Assembly (NCBI GenBank): GCA_965200315.1
Contig: OZ241362.1
Location: 3,712,001-3,776,000 of the forward strand
From: Candidatus Latescibacterota bacterium
GTDB lineage: Bacteria; Latescibacterota; UBA2968; UBA8231
DNA length: 64,000 bases
Direction: 5' to 3'
Shown: positions 38,126 to 48,213 of the stretch, piece after piece
Position numbering within the stretch: position 1 is the first letter of the stretch
Layout: the number at the start of each line of letters is the position of its first letter
The notes under the pieces: model-generated
The model's database searches: none
What the model saw: the letters and a program-made list of their open reading frames with translations, nothing else
Told to the model about the DNA's origin: nothing
Translations under genes and position numbers: made by a program

Positions 38126-39229
38126 GTGATCGAAGTAGGAGAATACAAAGTCGCCGAGCCGGACAGCATCGAAACGCCAGCCATGCTGGTCTTTGCCGAC
38201 CAACTCGACCACAACATAAAAACAGTCGGCGAACTAGCCGGCGGCAGCGAGCATCTGTTCGTCCACGTCAAGACCCACAAGTCCATCGACATAACGCGCA
38301 AACAGCTCGCGTCTGGAGTCGCCGGGTTCAAATGCGCCACGCTCAAGGAACTGGAAATGGCCCTCGACGCCGGCGCACAGGAAGCCATTCTGTCCTATCC
38401 GCTGGTGCAAAAAAGCAAAGTGCAGCGCTTCGCCGCGTTGGCGCAAAGAGAGGCGACCGTCAGCGCGATTGCCAGCGCCCCCGCGCACGTGCAGGTCTTG
38501 GGCGACGTGGCGCAAGAGCGGCAGCAAACGCTGCGGGTGATGATCGACCTCAACGTAGGCATGTTCCGCACCGGCGTCCCCTTGGACGCGGCCATCGACC
38601 TCTACCGCCAAGTCGCCCAACATCCCCATCTGTCGCCGAGCGGGCTGCACCTGTACGACGGGCACGATAACCTCTCCGAGCCTAAGTCGCGCCAAGCAGC
38701 GGCCGAGCGGCACATCCGCGATGCCCAACGCCTGAAAGCAGCCCTCGAAGCCGAGGGCTTGGCCGTGCCCCGGGTCGTCGGGGGCGGCTCCTTTTCCTCT
38801 TTGTACTACGCCCGCACCGAGGGGATGCACGGCTCCCCAGGCACCTGCGTGTACTGGGACGCTGGGTACGGCAGCAAAATGGCCGAGCTACCCTTCAAAT
38901 GGGCGGCCCTGGTCCTGACGCAAGTGATCGATCGCTATCCCGAGCACCAGACAATCACCACGGACTTGGGCACCAAGGCCATCAGCGACGATGGCCCCCT
39001 GCCGACCCGGGCCAAGCTCTTGCAGAACCCAAAGGCCGAGCTGACTAGGCAAAACGAGGAACACGGCATCTTCTCTTGGTCGGGTCCTCAACCCGAAGTC
39101 GGTGCCTATCTCCTCGCCGTGCCTTGGCACGTGTGTCCGACGACAATTCGCTACCCAGGTGCCCACATCATCGACGGCCACGGGCAGGTCGACTCCTACT
39201 ACCTGCACTCGGCCCGCGACCGCGCCTAA
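38126..39229 (+). CDS. PLP-dependent fold-III enzyme (D-threonine aldolase / DSD1 family)
   Basis: 'IETPA', HVKTHK (PLP Lys), 'RTGV', 'YDGH', 'NEEH', 'HVCPT'. Confidence 0.88.
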   Translation: MIEVGEYKVAEPDSIETPAMLVFADQLDHNIKTVGELAGGSEHLFVHVKTHKSIDITRKQLASGVAGFKCATLKELEMALDAGAQEAILSYPLVQKSKVQRFAALAQREATVSAIASAPAHVQVLGDVAQERQQTLRVMIDLNVGMFRTGVPLDAAIDLYRQVAQHPHLSPSGLHLYDGHDNLSEPKSRQAAAERHIRDAQRLKAALEAEGLAVPRVVGGGSFSSLYYARTEGMHGSPGTCVYWDAGYGSKMAELPFKWAALVLTQVIDRYPEHQTITTDLGTKAISDDGPLPTRAKLLQNPKAELTRQNEEHGIFSWSGPQPEVGAYLLAVPWHVCPTTIRYPGAHIIDGHGQVDSYYLHSARDRA

Positions 39230-39230
39230 C

Positions 39231-40406
39231 ATGCACCGGCTGGCAGAGCTAGCCGCCAAAAAGCGGCGGCGGGTCGTGGGACTAATGTCCGGCACCTCGG
39301 CCGACGGGATTGACGCCGTGCTGGTCGATCTATGGGGCTATGGCGACTCCATGCGCTACGAAATTTTGGCCTTTAACACCACGCCGCTGCCCAGCGATTT
39401 GCGGCGCGAGGTGTTCGCCCTCTTTGCCGCGGATGCGTCGCTCGACGCGCTGTGCCGGGTCAACTTTGCCCTCGGCGAGGCGTTTGCCACAGCGGCTCTA
39501 GCCGCAGCCGAGCAGGCCAAGCTCAGCCCCGAATCCATCGACCTGATCGGCTCGCACGGGCAGACCGTGCGCCACTTGCCGGCCAGCGGGGCCACCTTGC
39601 AGATTGGCGAACCAGCCGTCATTGCCGTGCGCACGGGCGCGGTGACCATTGCGGATTTTCGCGCGGCCGACATGGCCGTCGGCGGCGAGGGCGCACCGCT
39701 GGTGCCCCTCGTAGATCACCTGCTCTTTGCCCACCGGCACGAAGGGCGTCTGCTGCTCAATATCGGCGGCATCGCCAACATCACGGCCCTGCCGCCCAAC
39801 GCCGACGCCAGCGCAGTACGGGCCTTTGACCTCGGGCCGGGCAACATGCTCATCGACGCGGCTGTGGCGCACTGCACCGGCGGCCGCGAGCCCTTCGACC
39901 GGGAGGGCGTTCGAGCGGCGCGAGGGCGCGTGGATGAAGCCCTGTTGGCCGAGCTGATGCGCGTTGATTTCCTCCAGCGTGAGCCGCCCAAATCCACGGG
40001 GCGCGAGGAATTTGGCGAGCCTTTCCTCGCGGAGATTCTCCGGCGCGGCCCTTGGAACGACGATGACCTGATCGCCACGCTGACCGCCTTTACAGTGCAA
40101 TCCATTGCCGAGGGCATTCGCCGCTTCTGCCTTTCGGCGGAGCTCAAGTCGGAGCCCGGGGAGTTCGCCAAGCTCTGGGTCGGCGGCGGCGGCGTCCACA
40201 ATCCGCGCATTATGGCCGGACTGCGCCACGCGCTGCCGGAGCTGGCAGTGCAGTCGCTGGCCGACTTGGGCGTCGATCCAGACGCGCGCGAGGCGCTCGC
40301 TTTCGCAGTGCTTGCCAACGAGACGCTGATGGGCCGCACCGGCAATATCCCGGCCGCCACCCGCGCCCAGCGCCCGGTCGTCCTCGGCAAAATCGCCCTG
40401 CCGTGA
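39231..40406 (+). CDS. anmK: Anhydro-N-acetylmuramic acid kinase
   Basis: GLMSGTSADGID, GSHGQT, DFRAAD..GGEGAPLVP, NIGGIAN, PKSTGRE. Confidence 0.96.
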   Translation: MHRLAELAAKKRRRVVGLMSGTSADGIDAVLVDLWGYGDSMRYEILAFNTTPLPSDLRREVFALFAADASLDALCRVNFALGEAFATAALAAAEQAKLSPESIDLIGSHGQTVRHLPASGATLQIGEPAVIAVRTGAVTIADFRAADMAVGGEGAPLVPLVDHLLFAHRHEGRLLLNIGGIANITALPPNADASAVRAFDLGPGNMLIDAAVAHCTGGREPFDREGVRAARGRVDEALLAELMRVDFLQREPPKSTGREEFGEPFLAEILRRGPWNDDDLIATLTAFTVQSIAEGIRRFCLSAELKSEPGEFAKLWVGGGGVHNPRIMAGLRHALPELAVQSLADLGVDPDAREALAFAVLANETLMGRTGNIPAATRAQRPVVLGKIALP

Positions 40407-40489
40407 ACGCAGAGCCATTTTCCTTGATAAGAATCCGCCCCGCGAATATGTTTGCCCGCTAGCTTTTTCGATACCACAAAGGAGACCCA

Positions 40490-43387
40490 ATGGATCGCCG
40501 CGATTTTGAACTCCTGCGCGACGAAGAGATTCCCGAGCTCAATACCCAAGCCTTGCTCTACCGGCACCGCACCGGCTGCGAGATCATCTCGCTGCTCAAC
40601 GACGACGAAAACAAGGTCTTTGGCATCAATTTCCGCACCCCGCCGACCGACTCGACCGGCATTGCCCACATCCTCGAACACTCGGTGCTGTGCGGCTCGC
40701 GCAAGTACCCGGTCAAGGAGCCGTTTGTCGAGCTGATCAAAGGCTCGCTCAACACCTTCCTCAACGCCTTCACCTATCCAGACAAAACCTGCTATCCGGT
40801 CGCCAGCACCAACTTGCAGGATTTCTACAACCTGATTGACGTGTATCTCGACGCCGTGTTCTACCCGCGGCTGACGCCGGAAGTGCTGCAACAGGAAGGC
40901 TGGCACTACGAGCTAGCAGACCCCGGCGCCCCGCTGCGCTACAAAGGCGTGGTCTTCAACGAAATGAAAGGCGCGTATTCCGATCCCGAGCGCATCCTAG
41001 CCGAGCGCACCCAGCAATCCATCTTCCCCGACACCACCTACGGAGTGGATTCCGGCGGCGACCCGCGCCACATCCCGGCCCTCACCTTTGACCAGTTCAA
41101 GCGCTTCCACGACGACTTTTACCACCCGTCCAACGCCCGCATCTACTTCTACGGAGACGACGACCCCCAGCAGCGTCTCGCGCTTTTGCACGACTACCTA
41201 AGCAGCTACGAGGCGCATCCGGTCGACTCTACTATCGGGAGCCAGCCGCGCTTTGCCGCGCCCAAGCGGCAGCAATTTCCCTATGCGGTTGATCCAGCCG
41301 CGGTCGAAGAGCCGAAGTGCTTTGTCGTGCTTACTTGGCTGTTGCAAGACGCGATTGACGCCGATGAGCGCCGCGCCCTCCAAGTACTCGAACACGCATT
41401 GCTCGGGACCCCGGGGTCCCCGCTGCGCAAGGCCCTGATTGACTCCGGGCTGGGCGAGGATTTGACCGGCAGCGGGCTGGAGACCGAGTTGGCGCAAATG
41501 TTTTTCAGCGTGGGTCTCAAGGGTGTGCAACAGGGGGATGTGGACGCGGTCGAGGCCCTGATCTTGCAACGCCTCGGCGACTTGGCAGACGGCGGAGTCG
41601 ACCAAGGGATGGTCGCGGCCGCGCTGCACACTGCGGAGTTCCGGTTTCGGGAAAACAACACCGGGTCTTTTCCGCGCGGCTTGGGACTGATGCTGCGGCT
41701 GTTGACCGACTGGCTCTACGACCGCGACCCCTTCACCCCCTTGCGCTTTGCCGACTCCTTCGCCGCGCTCAAGGCCAAGCTGGCGGCGGACGACCGCTAT
41801 CTCGAGGGGCTGATCCAACGCCACCTCTTAGACAACACGCACCGCACGACCGTGGCCCTTCAGCCTGACGCCGAGCTGGGGACGCGGCTGGAAGAGGAAG
41901 AAACCGCGCGCCTAGCAGAGGCCCGGGCGCGCATGAGCCACGCGGATTTAGAGGAGCTGGTCGCTTCCACCGCAAAGCTCAAGCACCTACAAGAGCAACC
42001 CGACGCGCCCGAGGATTTGGCCAAGCTGCCCCGTCTGCAATTGAGCGACCTCGACCCAGCGGTCAAGAGTGTGCCTCGGCAAGAGGACGAAATCGCCGGC
42101 GTGCCGGTGCTCCACCACGACCTTTTCACCAATGGCATCGCCTATCTCGACGTGGGTTGCGATCTGCGGGTGTTGCCTCAGGAGCTTGTGCCCTATATCC
42201 CGCTCTTTGGGCGCGCCCTGCTGGAGATGGGCACCAAACGCATGAGCTTTGTCGAGCTGCACCAGCGGATCGGCAGCCAGACCGGTGGTCTAAGTGCCCA
42301 TTCGCTGGTGGGGACGCGCCGCGACGGCGGGCCGGCCGCGGCGTACCTGTTTTTGCGCGGCAAGGTCATGGCTGAACGGGTCGCCGACCTGACGGCGATT
42401 GTGCGCGACGTGCTGTTAGAGGGCCGCCTCGACGATCGCGAGCGCTTCTTGCAAATGGCCTTAGAAGAGCGAGCCAGTGCAGAGGCCGGGCTGGTGCCGG
42501 GTGGGCATCGGGTGGTATCCACGCGGCTGCGTGCGCAGTTCGACGAGACTGGTTGGCTCGCAGAGCAGATGCGCGGCTTGAGCTATCTGTTTTTTTTGCG
42601 GCAGCTCATCGAAGACATCCGCCGCGACTGGCCGGCCGTGCAGGCGCGGCTTGAGCAGATGCGCACCCTGCTGGTCAACCGGGCGGGTATGCTGTGCAAC
42701 GCGACCGGGGCCAGCGGCGACCGCGCTGTGTGCGACCAGAGCCTAGCGGCACTGCTAAACGAGTTGCCGCAAGAGGCATCCGCGCCGGCGACTTGGACGC
42801 CGCAGCTAACGGCAGCCGACGAGGGCCTGACCGTCCCGGCCCAAGTCAACTACGTGGGCAAGGCGGCCAACATCTTCGCGCTCGGCTACGAATTGGACGG
42901 GTCGGCGGCCGTCATCACTCGCTACTTGGCCACGACTTGGCTGTGGGATCGGGTGCGAGTCCAAGGCGGGGCCTACGGGGCCTTTTGCTCCTTTGACCCG
43001 TTTGCCGGAGTGCTGGCGTTCGCGTCGTACCGCGACCCCAACTTGCTGGAGACGCTACAAGCGTACGACCAGAGCGGGGCTTTCTTGCGCGACTATCCGA
43101 TCAGCAGCGACGAGCTGACCAAGGCCATCATCGGCACCATCGGCGACATCGACGCCTACCAGCTACCCGACGCCAAGGGCTACGCCTCGCTTGTGCGCTA
43201 CCTGACCGGCATTGACGACGCCTATCGCCAGCAAATGCGCGACCAAGTCTTGGGCACCAAGGCCGAGCACTTTGCGGATTTTGCCGCCGTGTTAGATCAA
43301 GTCGGCTCAGCAGGCCGGGTCGCGGTGCTGGGGTCGGCCGACGCGATTGCCGCGGCGGATTGGCTGACGCCGGTCAAGGTGCTGTGA
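40490..43387 (+). CDS. M16C metallopeptidase (presequence protease-like insulinase)
   Basis: HILEHSVLCGSRKYP, LNAFTYPDKT, GVVFNEMKG, RVQGGAYG, SYRDP. Confidence 0.95.
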   Translation: MDRRDFELLRDEEIPELNTQALLYRHRTGCEIISLLNDDENKVFGINFRTPPTDSTGIAHILEHSVLCGSRKYPVKEPFVELIKGSLNTFLNAFTYPDKTCYPVASTNLQDFYNLIDVYLDAVFYPRLTPEVLQQEGWHYELADPGAPLRYKGVVFNEMKGAYSDPERILAERTQQSIFPDTTYGVDSGGDPRHIPALTFDQFKRFHDDFYHPSNARIYFYGDDDPQQRLALLHDYLSSYEAHPVDSTIGSQPRFAAPKRQQFPYAVDPAAVEEPKCFVVLTWLLQDAIDADERRALQVLEHALLGTPGSPLRKALIDSGLGEDLTGSGLETELAQMFFSVGLKGVQQGDVDAVEALILQRLGDLADGGVDQGMVAAALHTAEFRFRENNTGSFPRGLGLMLRLLTDWLYDRDPFTPLRFADSFAALKAKLAADDRYLEGLIQRHLLDNTHRTTVALQPDAELGTRLEEEETARLAEARARMSHADLEELVASTAKLKHLQEQPDAPEDLAKLPRLQLSDLDPAVKSVPRQEDEIAGVPVLHHDLFTNGIAYLDVGCDLRVLPQELVPYIPLFGRALLEMGTKRMSFVELHQRIGSQTGGLSAHSLVGTRRDGGPAAAYLFLRGKVMAERVADLTAIVRDVLLEGRLDDRERFLQMALEERASAEAGLVPGGHRVVSTRLRAQFDETGWLAEQMRGLSYLFFLRQLIEDIRRDWPAVQARLEQMRTLLVNRAGMLCNATGASGDRAVCDQSLAALLNELPQEASAPATWTPQLTAADEGLTVPAQVNYVGKAANIFALGYELDGSAAVITRYLATTWLWDRVRVQGGAYGAFCSFDPFAGVLAFASYRDPNLLETLQAYDQSGAFLRDYPISSDELTKAIIGTIGDIDAYQLPDAKGYASLVRYLTGIDDAYRQQMRDQVLGTKAEHFADFAAVLDQVGSAGRVAVLGSADAIAAADWLTPVKVL

Positions 43388-43599
43388 GAATCGCATAGCC
43401 GCGATAACGGTTGCAAAATCCCACGCCACCGGGTGCGGAGGGCTGATCACCACGGCACAACGGAGCGATGTCTCGGACTATCTAGGCTACCTGTTGACTA
43501 CGACCTATGGCTTCGCGGGGCGGCGGAGCGAATTGACAGCGCGGAGTTTTAGCGCGATTTACTCGGGGGGCGAGCAGTAGGAGACATGCCGCAAAAATC

Positions 43600-44946
43600 A
43601 TGGGCTCTGTTCCGAACATCCTCTTTCTCCTGACCGACAACCAGCGCAACGATTTGCTCGGCTGCGCCGGCCATCCAATCGTCCAAACCCCAAACATCGA
43701 CCGGCTTGCCGCAAGTGGCCTCCGCTTCGCAAATGCCTTCTGCACTAGTCCAATCTGCGCCGCCAGCCGGGCGAGCTATCTCACCGGCGTCTATGAAAGC
43801 CGCCACCGCTTCACCTTCCTCACACCACCCCTCCAACGCACGTTCACCGACAGCTCTTACCCGGCGGCTCTCAAAAGGGCCGGCTACCGCACGGGACTGA
43901 TCGGCAAGTTCGGCCTAGCCGCAAAAGGGATTGCCCCTTCCCTTGCAGACGAGGGCGCGATAGGAAAGATGTTTGACGTGTTCGACAACTACGAACACTG
44001 GACTAAAGACGGGTATGAAATCAGGCAGCCGGACGGCCGCGTACGCCACCTGACCGACATTACCGGCGACAAAGCAATCGACTTCCTACGCACCCACCGG
44101 TCAGCCCACCCTAGCCAGCCGTTTTGCCTCTCCGTCAGTTTCAATGCGCCGCACGCGCAAGACAACGACCCGCGCCACTACATCTGGCCGGCTGCTGAAG
44201 ATTCGCTCTATGCAGATGCGAAGATACCAGAGCCCCTTAACGCCCATCCCGACTTCTTCAGGCGGCTGCCGAAATTCCTGCGCGATACGGAAAGTCGCGT
44301 GCGATGGCAGGCCCGCTATGCGACATCTGCGGACTACCAGAGGAACATGCGCGGACTGTACAGAATGGTCAGCGGCGTCGACCGCACCATCGGCAGGATT
44401 CTCACGGCGTTGGAGCAGCTATCGTTAGCCGCCAACACAGTCGTGATCTTCGCCTCGGACCACGGAATGTACTACGGAGATCGCGGGCTTAGCGACTGCT
44501 GGCAGTTGAACGAACAGGCGATCCGCATTCCCTTGATCATCTTTGAGCCACGAGCTGACGAGAACAATCGAGGGGGCGTCCGCGAAGAAATGGTCCTCAA
44601 CATCGATGTAGCACCGACCATCCTCGAACTAGCCGGTGTGGACGCTGTGGACGGAATGCAGGGGAAATCCCTCGTCCCATTGTTGCACGGCAAAGAAGTC
44701 GCGTGGCGCAAAGCGTTTTTTGGCGAGCACCGATTCGATCGCGCCGACATACCCAAGAGCGAAGGCGTCCGCACACAACGCTGGAAGTACATTCGCTACT
44801 ACCAGCAACAGCCCGTCTATGAGGAGCTGTACGATCTCCTCGCCGATCCTCACGAGTCCTGCAACCTCGCAGAAGATCCCAAGTTCTCCGATCAGCGCAC
44901 GCGGCTGAGACGACGATGCGATGCAATGTGCGTTGAATGCGCTTAG
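43600..44946 (+). CDS. Cys-type sulfatase
   Basis: PNILFLLTD, CAASRAS motif, GK, SDHG, ELYDL..DPHE. Confidence 0.93.
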   Translation: MGSVPNILFLLTDNQRNDLLGCAGHPIVQTPNIDRLAASGLRFANAFCTSPICAASRASYLTGVYESRHRFTFLTPPLQRTFTDSSYPAALKRAGYRTGLIGKFGLAAKGIAPSLADEGAIGKMFDVFDNYEHWTKDGYEIRQPDGRVRHLTDITGDKAIDFLRTHRSAHPSQPFCLSVSFNAPHAQDNDPRHYIWPAAEDSLYADAKIPEPLNAHPDFFRRLPKFLRDTESRVRWQARYATSADYQRNMRGLYRMVSGVDRTIGRILTALEQLSLAANTVVIFASDHGMYYGDRGLSDCWQLNEQAIRIPLIIFEPRADENNRGGVREEMVLNIDVAPTILELAGVDAVDGMQGKSLVPLLHGKEVAWRKAFFGEHRFDRADIPKSEGVRTQRWKYIRYYQQQPVYEELYDLLADPHESCNLAEDPKFSDQRTRLRRRCDAMCVECA

Positions 44947-44953
44947 TAACGGT

Positions 44954-46219
44954 TCACGTGCGCTCGTCTGTCAGGCGTTTGGCGTATTCGCCGCGCGGGA
45001 TGCGGAAGTAGCCCTGAAAGCAAAGTACGCCCGCAGCCGTAATCACGGCACTGCTCAAAAACAACGCCCGATAGCCCAGCGCGTCGATTAGCCAGCCGCC
45101 GCCGAGCGAAACGCCGGCACTGCTGATGCCGTAGGCCATGGTCAGGGCCGAACTCATGGTCACCCGCCAGTGCTCGGGGACCAGTTCCTGCTGAAAGACA
45201 ATATAGACCGAGCGGCGAATCGCGCTGAGGGCGACCAAGGCCATACAGGCGGCTCCGGCCACCGCCCAATGGGCAACCAAGGCCAGCGGTATGAGGCACA
45301 GCACCATCGCCCCAGCCCCTCCGGTGATCACCGGCACCCGGCCGAAACGCCGGCTAAGCGCCGGGGCGGCCAGCGCAGTACAGGCGGCCAAGAGCTGGCC
45401 CCCGGCGGTCAGGCTGCCGATCAGCGCCGTGGAGGCCCCGAGACCGTCGTCCATGTACACATTGAAGAAGATGCGGAGACTGTTTTCCGCAGCCATCTGT
45501 AGGAAGGTGACCAAGCCCAAGGCGAGGACGATAGCCAAGGGGAAAGGCGTTGCTTCGCCGCGTTCCCTAGCAGGCGGTTTGTGTGGATGGGAGCGGGTTG
45601 CAGCGATAGCACCGGCGCTGATGAATAGCACGCCGGCGGCCAGCAGCAGCGGATAGCGGTAGGGCGCCGGGTGGTCTGCGGGCAGGCTGAGGAGCGCGGA
45701 GAACAGGCCGGGCAGCAGGCCGCCGCACAGGCTGCCGGCAAAACCCGCCAGCGGCCACAGTGCCACCTGAGTCGAGAACACGTGATTGCGCAGGTGCGGC
45801 GGGCAGATCAGGGTCAGAAAGGGAATCGAGCAGACGAGGAAGAGGGTATTGCCAACGACGCCGAGGGCATACGCCCCCATGATCCAAGTTAGTTGCGCTG
45901 AGGTAGGAGCGAACTCGCCGAGGGGCAACAGACCGAACCCGAAAGCAGCGACCACCATACCGACGATCATGCTCCGGCGCGCACCCCAGCGGTTGGCCAA
46001 CAGGCCCGCGGGCATACTCAAGAGGGCAAACGACAGCGCGCCAACGGCATTGACTTGACCGATCAATTGAGGGCCGTAGCCCAAGCGCAAGAGATAGAGG
46101 TTGAGCAGGACAGTATAGACGCCGCCGAAAATCGTAAAGCCGATCAGGGCTTGGCTGAAGAGCACTAGGCGCACGTCGCGGTTAAAAAGCGCCAGTGCCT
46201 CGCGATGAGTGGAGACCAA
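44954..46219 (-). CDS. MFS transporter
   Basis: About 12 TM helices, 'GLLANRWGARR' motif A; start uncertain (TTG 46219). Confidence 0.88.
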   Translation of the reverse strand: MVSTHREALALFNRDVRLVLFSQALIGFTIFGGVYTVLLNLYLLRLGYGPQLIGQVNAVGALSFALLSMPAGLLANRWGARRSMIVGMVVAAFGFGLLPLGEFAPTSAQLTWIMGAYALGVVGNTLFLVCSIPFLTLICPPHLRNHVFSTQVALWPLAGFAGSLCGGLLPGLFSALLSLPADHPAPYRYPLLLAAGVLFISAGAIAATRSHPHKPPARERGEATPFPLAIVLALGLVTFLQMAAENSLRIFFNVYMDDGLGASTALIGSLTAGGQLLAACTALAAPALSRRFGRVPVITGGAGAMVLCLIPLALVAHWAVAGAACMALVALSAIRRSVYIVFQQELVPEHWRVTMSSALTMAYGISSAGVSLGGGWLIDALGYRALFLSSAVITAAGVLCFQGYFRIPRGEYAKRLTDERT

Positions 46220-46310
46220 TTTCTTTTTGCTGAAACGGGGGATGGCAATTATGTATGTAGGAAAGTAAATCAACAGCTCGCAACGAAAAAGGCCGGGGAA
46301 CGGAGGCGGA

Positions 46311-47228
46311 ATGGTGCGCAGCAGCCTGTTCTGGTGCTTTTTGCTCTGGGCACCGGGTGTCTTAGCCCAAGAGATAGTCCAAGTGCAGACGTCAGCCGGC
46401 ACAACCCACGAGTTGGCCCGCGTCGCCGCTGGTTATTTTGCGATGGGATCGGCTGCGGGACGAGCGGACGAGCAGCCGGTCCATCAGGTCTATCTCGACG
46501 AATTCTACATCGACCGTTTTGAAGTGCGCAACGACCAGTACGCGGCCTTTTTGAACGACAGCGGCCGCAACGCGGATGGGGCGGGGCATCTGCTGTTCGA
46601 TCTGCGCGACCTCGACGCGCAGATCCGCTACTCCGACGCGGGATACACAGCCGTTCCCGGCACCGAGCAACGGCCAGTCGCCGAGGTCTCGTGGTACGGT
46701 GCTCATGCGTATTGCACTTGGGCCGGCATGCAGTTGCCGACCGAGGCCATGTGGGAAAAGGCTGCCCGCGGCACCGACGGCCGCATCTATCCTTGGGGCC
46801 ATTCCATCGACCGCGGCCGGGCCAACTACGGCCGCGAGGGCTGCTGCCGCGGCGACGACAGCGACGGCTTTTTCGACTCGGCCCCGGTAGGCTCTTATCA
46901 GCGCGGGGTTTCTCCGTACGGGGCCTACGATATGGGGGGCAATGTCTGGGAGTGGGTGGTGGATTGGTACGGCGCGGAGTACTACGCGCAAAGCCCCGCG
47001 CACGACCCACAGGGGCCGGACGCCGGGATCAGCCGGGTGCTGCGCGGCGGGTCGATGAGCAGCGACCCGTATCGCCTGCGCACCACCGACCGCGGCGGAC
47101 TGCCGCCTTCGGCAACCTACATCATCGTCGGGTTTCGCTGCGCGGCGCGCGAACTCCCCGCCACGGCGGTGCAGCCCGCAAGCTGGGGACAAATCAAGCG
47201 CAAGGCCGCGGAAGGCGAGGCGCGATGA
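46311..47228 (+). CDS. Secreted FGE-sulfatase (SUMF1-like) domain protein
   Basis: Signal peptide; FAMGS, EQPVH, LPTEAMWEKAARG, DMGGNVWEW, RGGS, GFRCA; C-terminal TAVQPASWGQIK. Confidence 0.9.
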   Translation: MVRSSLFWCFLLWAPGVLAQEIVQVQTSAGTTHELARVAAGYFAMGSAAGRADEQPVHQVYLDEFYIDRFEVRNDQYAAFLNDSGRNADGAGHLLFDLRDLDAQIRYSDAGYTAVPGTEQRPVAEVSWYGAHAYCTWAGMQLPTEAMWEKAARGTDGRIYPWGHSIDRGRANYGREGCCRGDDSDGFFDSAPVGSYQRGVSPYGAYDMGGNVWEWVVDWYGAEYYAQSPAHDPQGPDAGISRVLRGGSMSSDPYRLRTTDRGGLPPSATYIIVGFRCAARELPATAVQPASWGQIKRKAAEGEAR

Positions 47229-47251
47229 ACCTACACCCTACACAAATGCAG

Positions 47252-47287
47252 ACAGCCCCTCAGCTTGCACAAGCTAAGGGGCTGTTT
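47252..47287. terminator. Hairpin/terminator between the FGE-domain gene and tRNA-Phe
   Basis: ACAGCCCCT-C-AGCTTG...CAAGCT-A-AGGGGCTGT stem. Confidence 0.7.
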
Positions 47288-47294
47288 ATAATAG

Positions 47295-47370
47295 TGGTGG
47301 CTCCTCGCGGAATCGAACCGCGGACACAGAGATTTTCAGTCTCCTGCTCTACCAACTGAGCTAAAGAGCC
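47295..47370 (-). tRNA. tRNA-Phe (GAA)
   Basis: Reverse complement GGCTCTTTAGCTCAGTTGGTAGAGCAGGAGACTGAAAATCTCTGTGTCCGCGGTTCGATTCCGCGAGGAGCCACCA. Confidence 0.97.
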
Positions 47371-47425
47371 ACCAAAAGAAAGAGTAAAATTAAAGCCCCC
47401 TCATTTGCATTGTCAAGGATTCGCC

Positions 47426-47947
47426 ATGCCCGTCTCGATCATCCCGTTTAACATGCCCGAACCTGCTGAAATTCCTCCGCATATCGCCACAGCACTCAAA
47501 GCCATGTCTCCAGACGAAGCCGTGGTCCAAGGCATGGATTTGCTGCTGGGCATTGAAGCGGCAGATACCATCGTATATGAGCGCGTCGGCCAAGGGGTAG
47601 TCCACACGGCCGGCGCAGGGGCCGAGGTCCTGCAGCGAGCTCTGCAGCAGGGCGGCGCATGCTCCTTTGCCGAGCAGGACCGGGGCGGCCCCTCCGCGTT
47701 GTTGCTGGTGGGACAGGCCCGTGCCGACGAAGAAAGCCCCCTGCCAGCAGGCGTGGTGCGCTTCCTGCTGGAGGGGGCTGAATGCGGGTCTATCGGCTTT
47801 AGCTACGTGTTGCCTTTACAGGCCAGCGACGGCCAGCTATGGGGCGCGTTGACGCTGATTCGCCGAGCGGCGAGCGGGCCGCTCAACCACGATCAGCCCA
47901 ACCTGTGCGAGGGCATGCGCCGCTTGTTGAGCCGGATGTGCGATTAG
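47426..47947 (+). CDS. Hypothetical protein, possible stand-alone GAF-like domain
   Basis: 'YVLPL....QLWGALTLIR' resembles a GAF C-terminal strand pattern. Confidence 0.6.
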   Translation: MPVSIIPFNMPEPAEIPPHIATALKAMSPDEAVVQGMDLLLGIEAADTIVYERVGQGVVHTAGAGAEVLQRALQQGGACSFAEQDRGGPSALLLVGQARADEESPLPAGVVRFLLEGAECGSIGFSYVLPLQASDGQLWGALTLIRRAASGPLNHDQPNLCEGMRRLLSRMCD

Positions 47948-48213
47948 GCCGAGCCCGGCTCGACGACTCCGTTTGCAAGCATCCAAGCCTCGACCTCGTC
48001 GCCATCGACGTCGGCCAACATCTGGCCGTTGATCTCGACACAGGGCGAGAGAGGCTGGCCGCTTTTCTGCACCATCTCAGCGTAAATATCGGGATTGTTG
48101 ATAATGTCTTTGTCTTCGTATGCCAAGCCGTATTTGGCGAAGGTAGTGCGTACGCTAGCGCTCCAGCCGCAAACCGGCTTCAGATAGGCGACGATGTGAG
48201 GGGCTTCAGCCAT
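47944..48213 (-). CDS. Monothiol glutaredoxin-like protein
   Basis: 'YLKPVCGWS', 'KSGQPLSPCVEING'. Confidence 0.85.
   Translation of the reverse strand: MAEAPHIVAYLKPVCGWSASVRTTFAKYGLAYEDKDIINNPDIYAEMVQKSGQPLSPCVEINGQMLADVDGDEVEAWMLANGVVEPGSA

Noticed and set aside
39498-40906. Long antisense and alternate-frame ORFs (also 25072-26109, 27627-28298, 46392-47192)
   Set aside because: Shadow ORFs expected in GC-rich coding DNA; no recognisable motifs and they overlap well-supported genes
43579-43602. Possible frameshift at the sulfatase start (out-of-frame ATG 43586 before an A5 run)
   Set aside because: RBS spacing is ambiguous and ATG 43600 already gives a complete sulfatase domain
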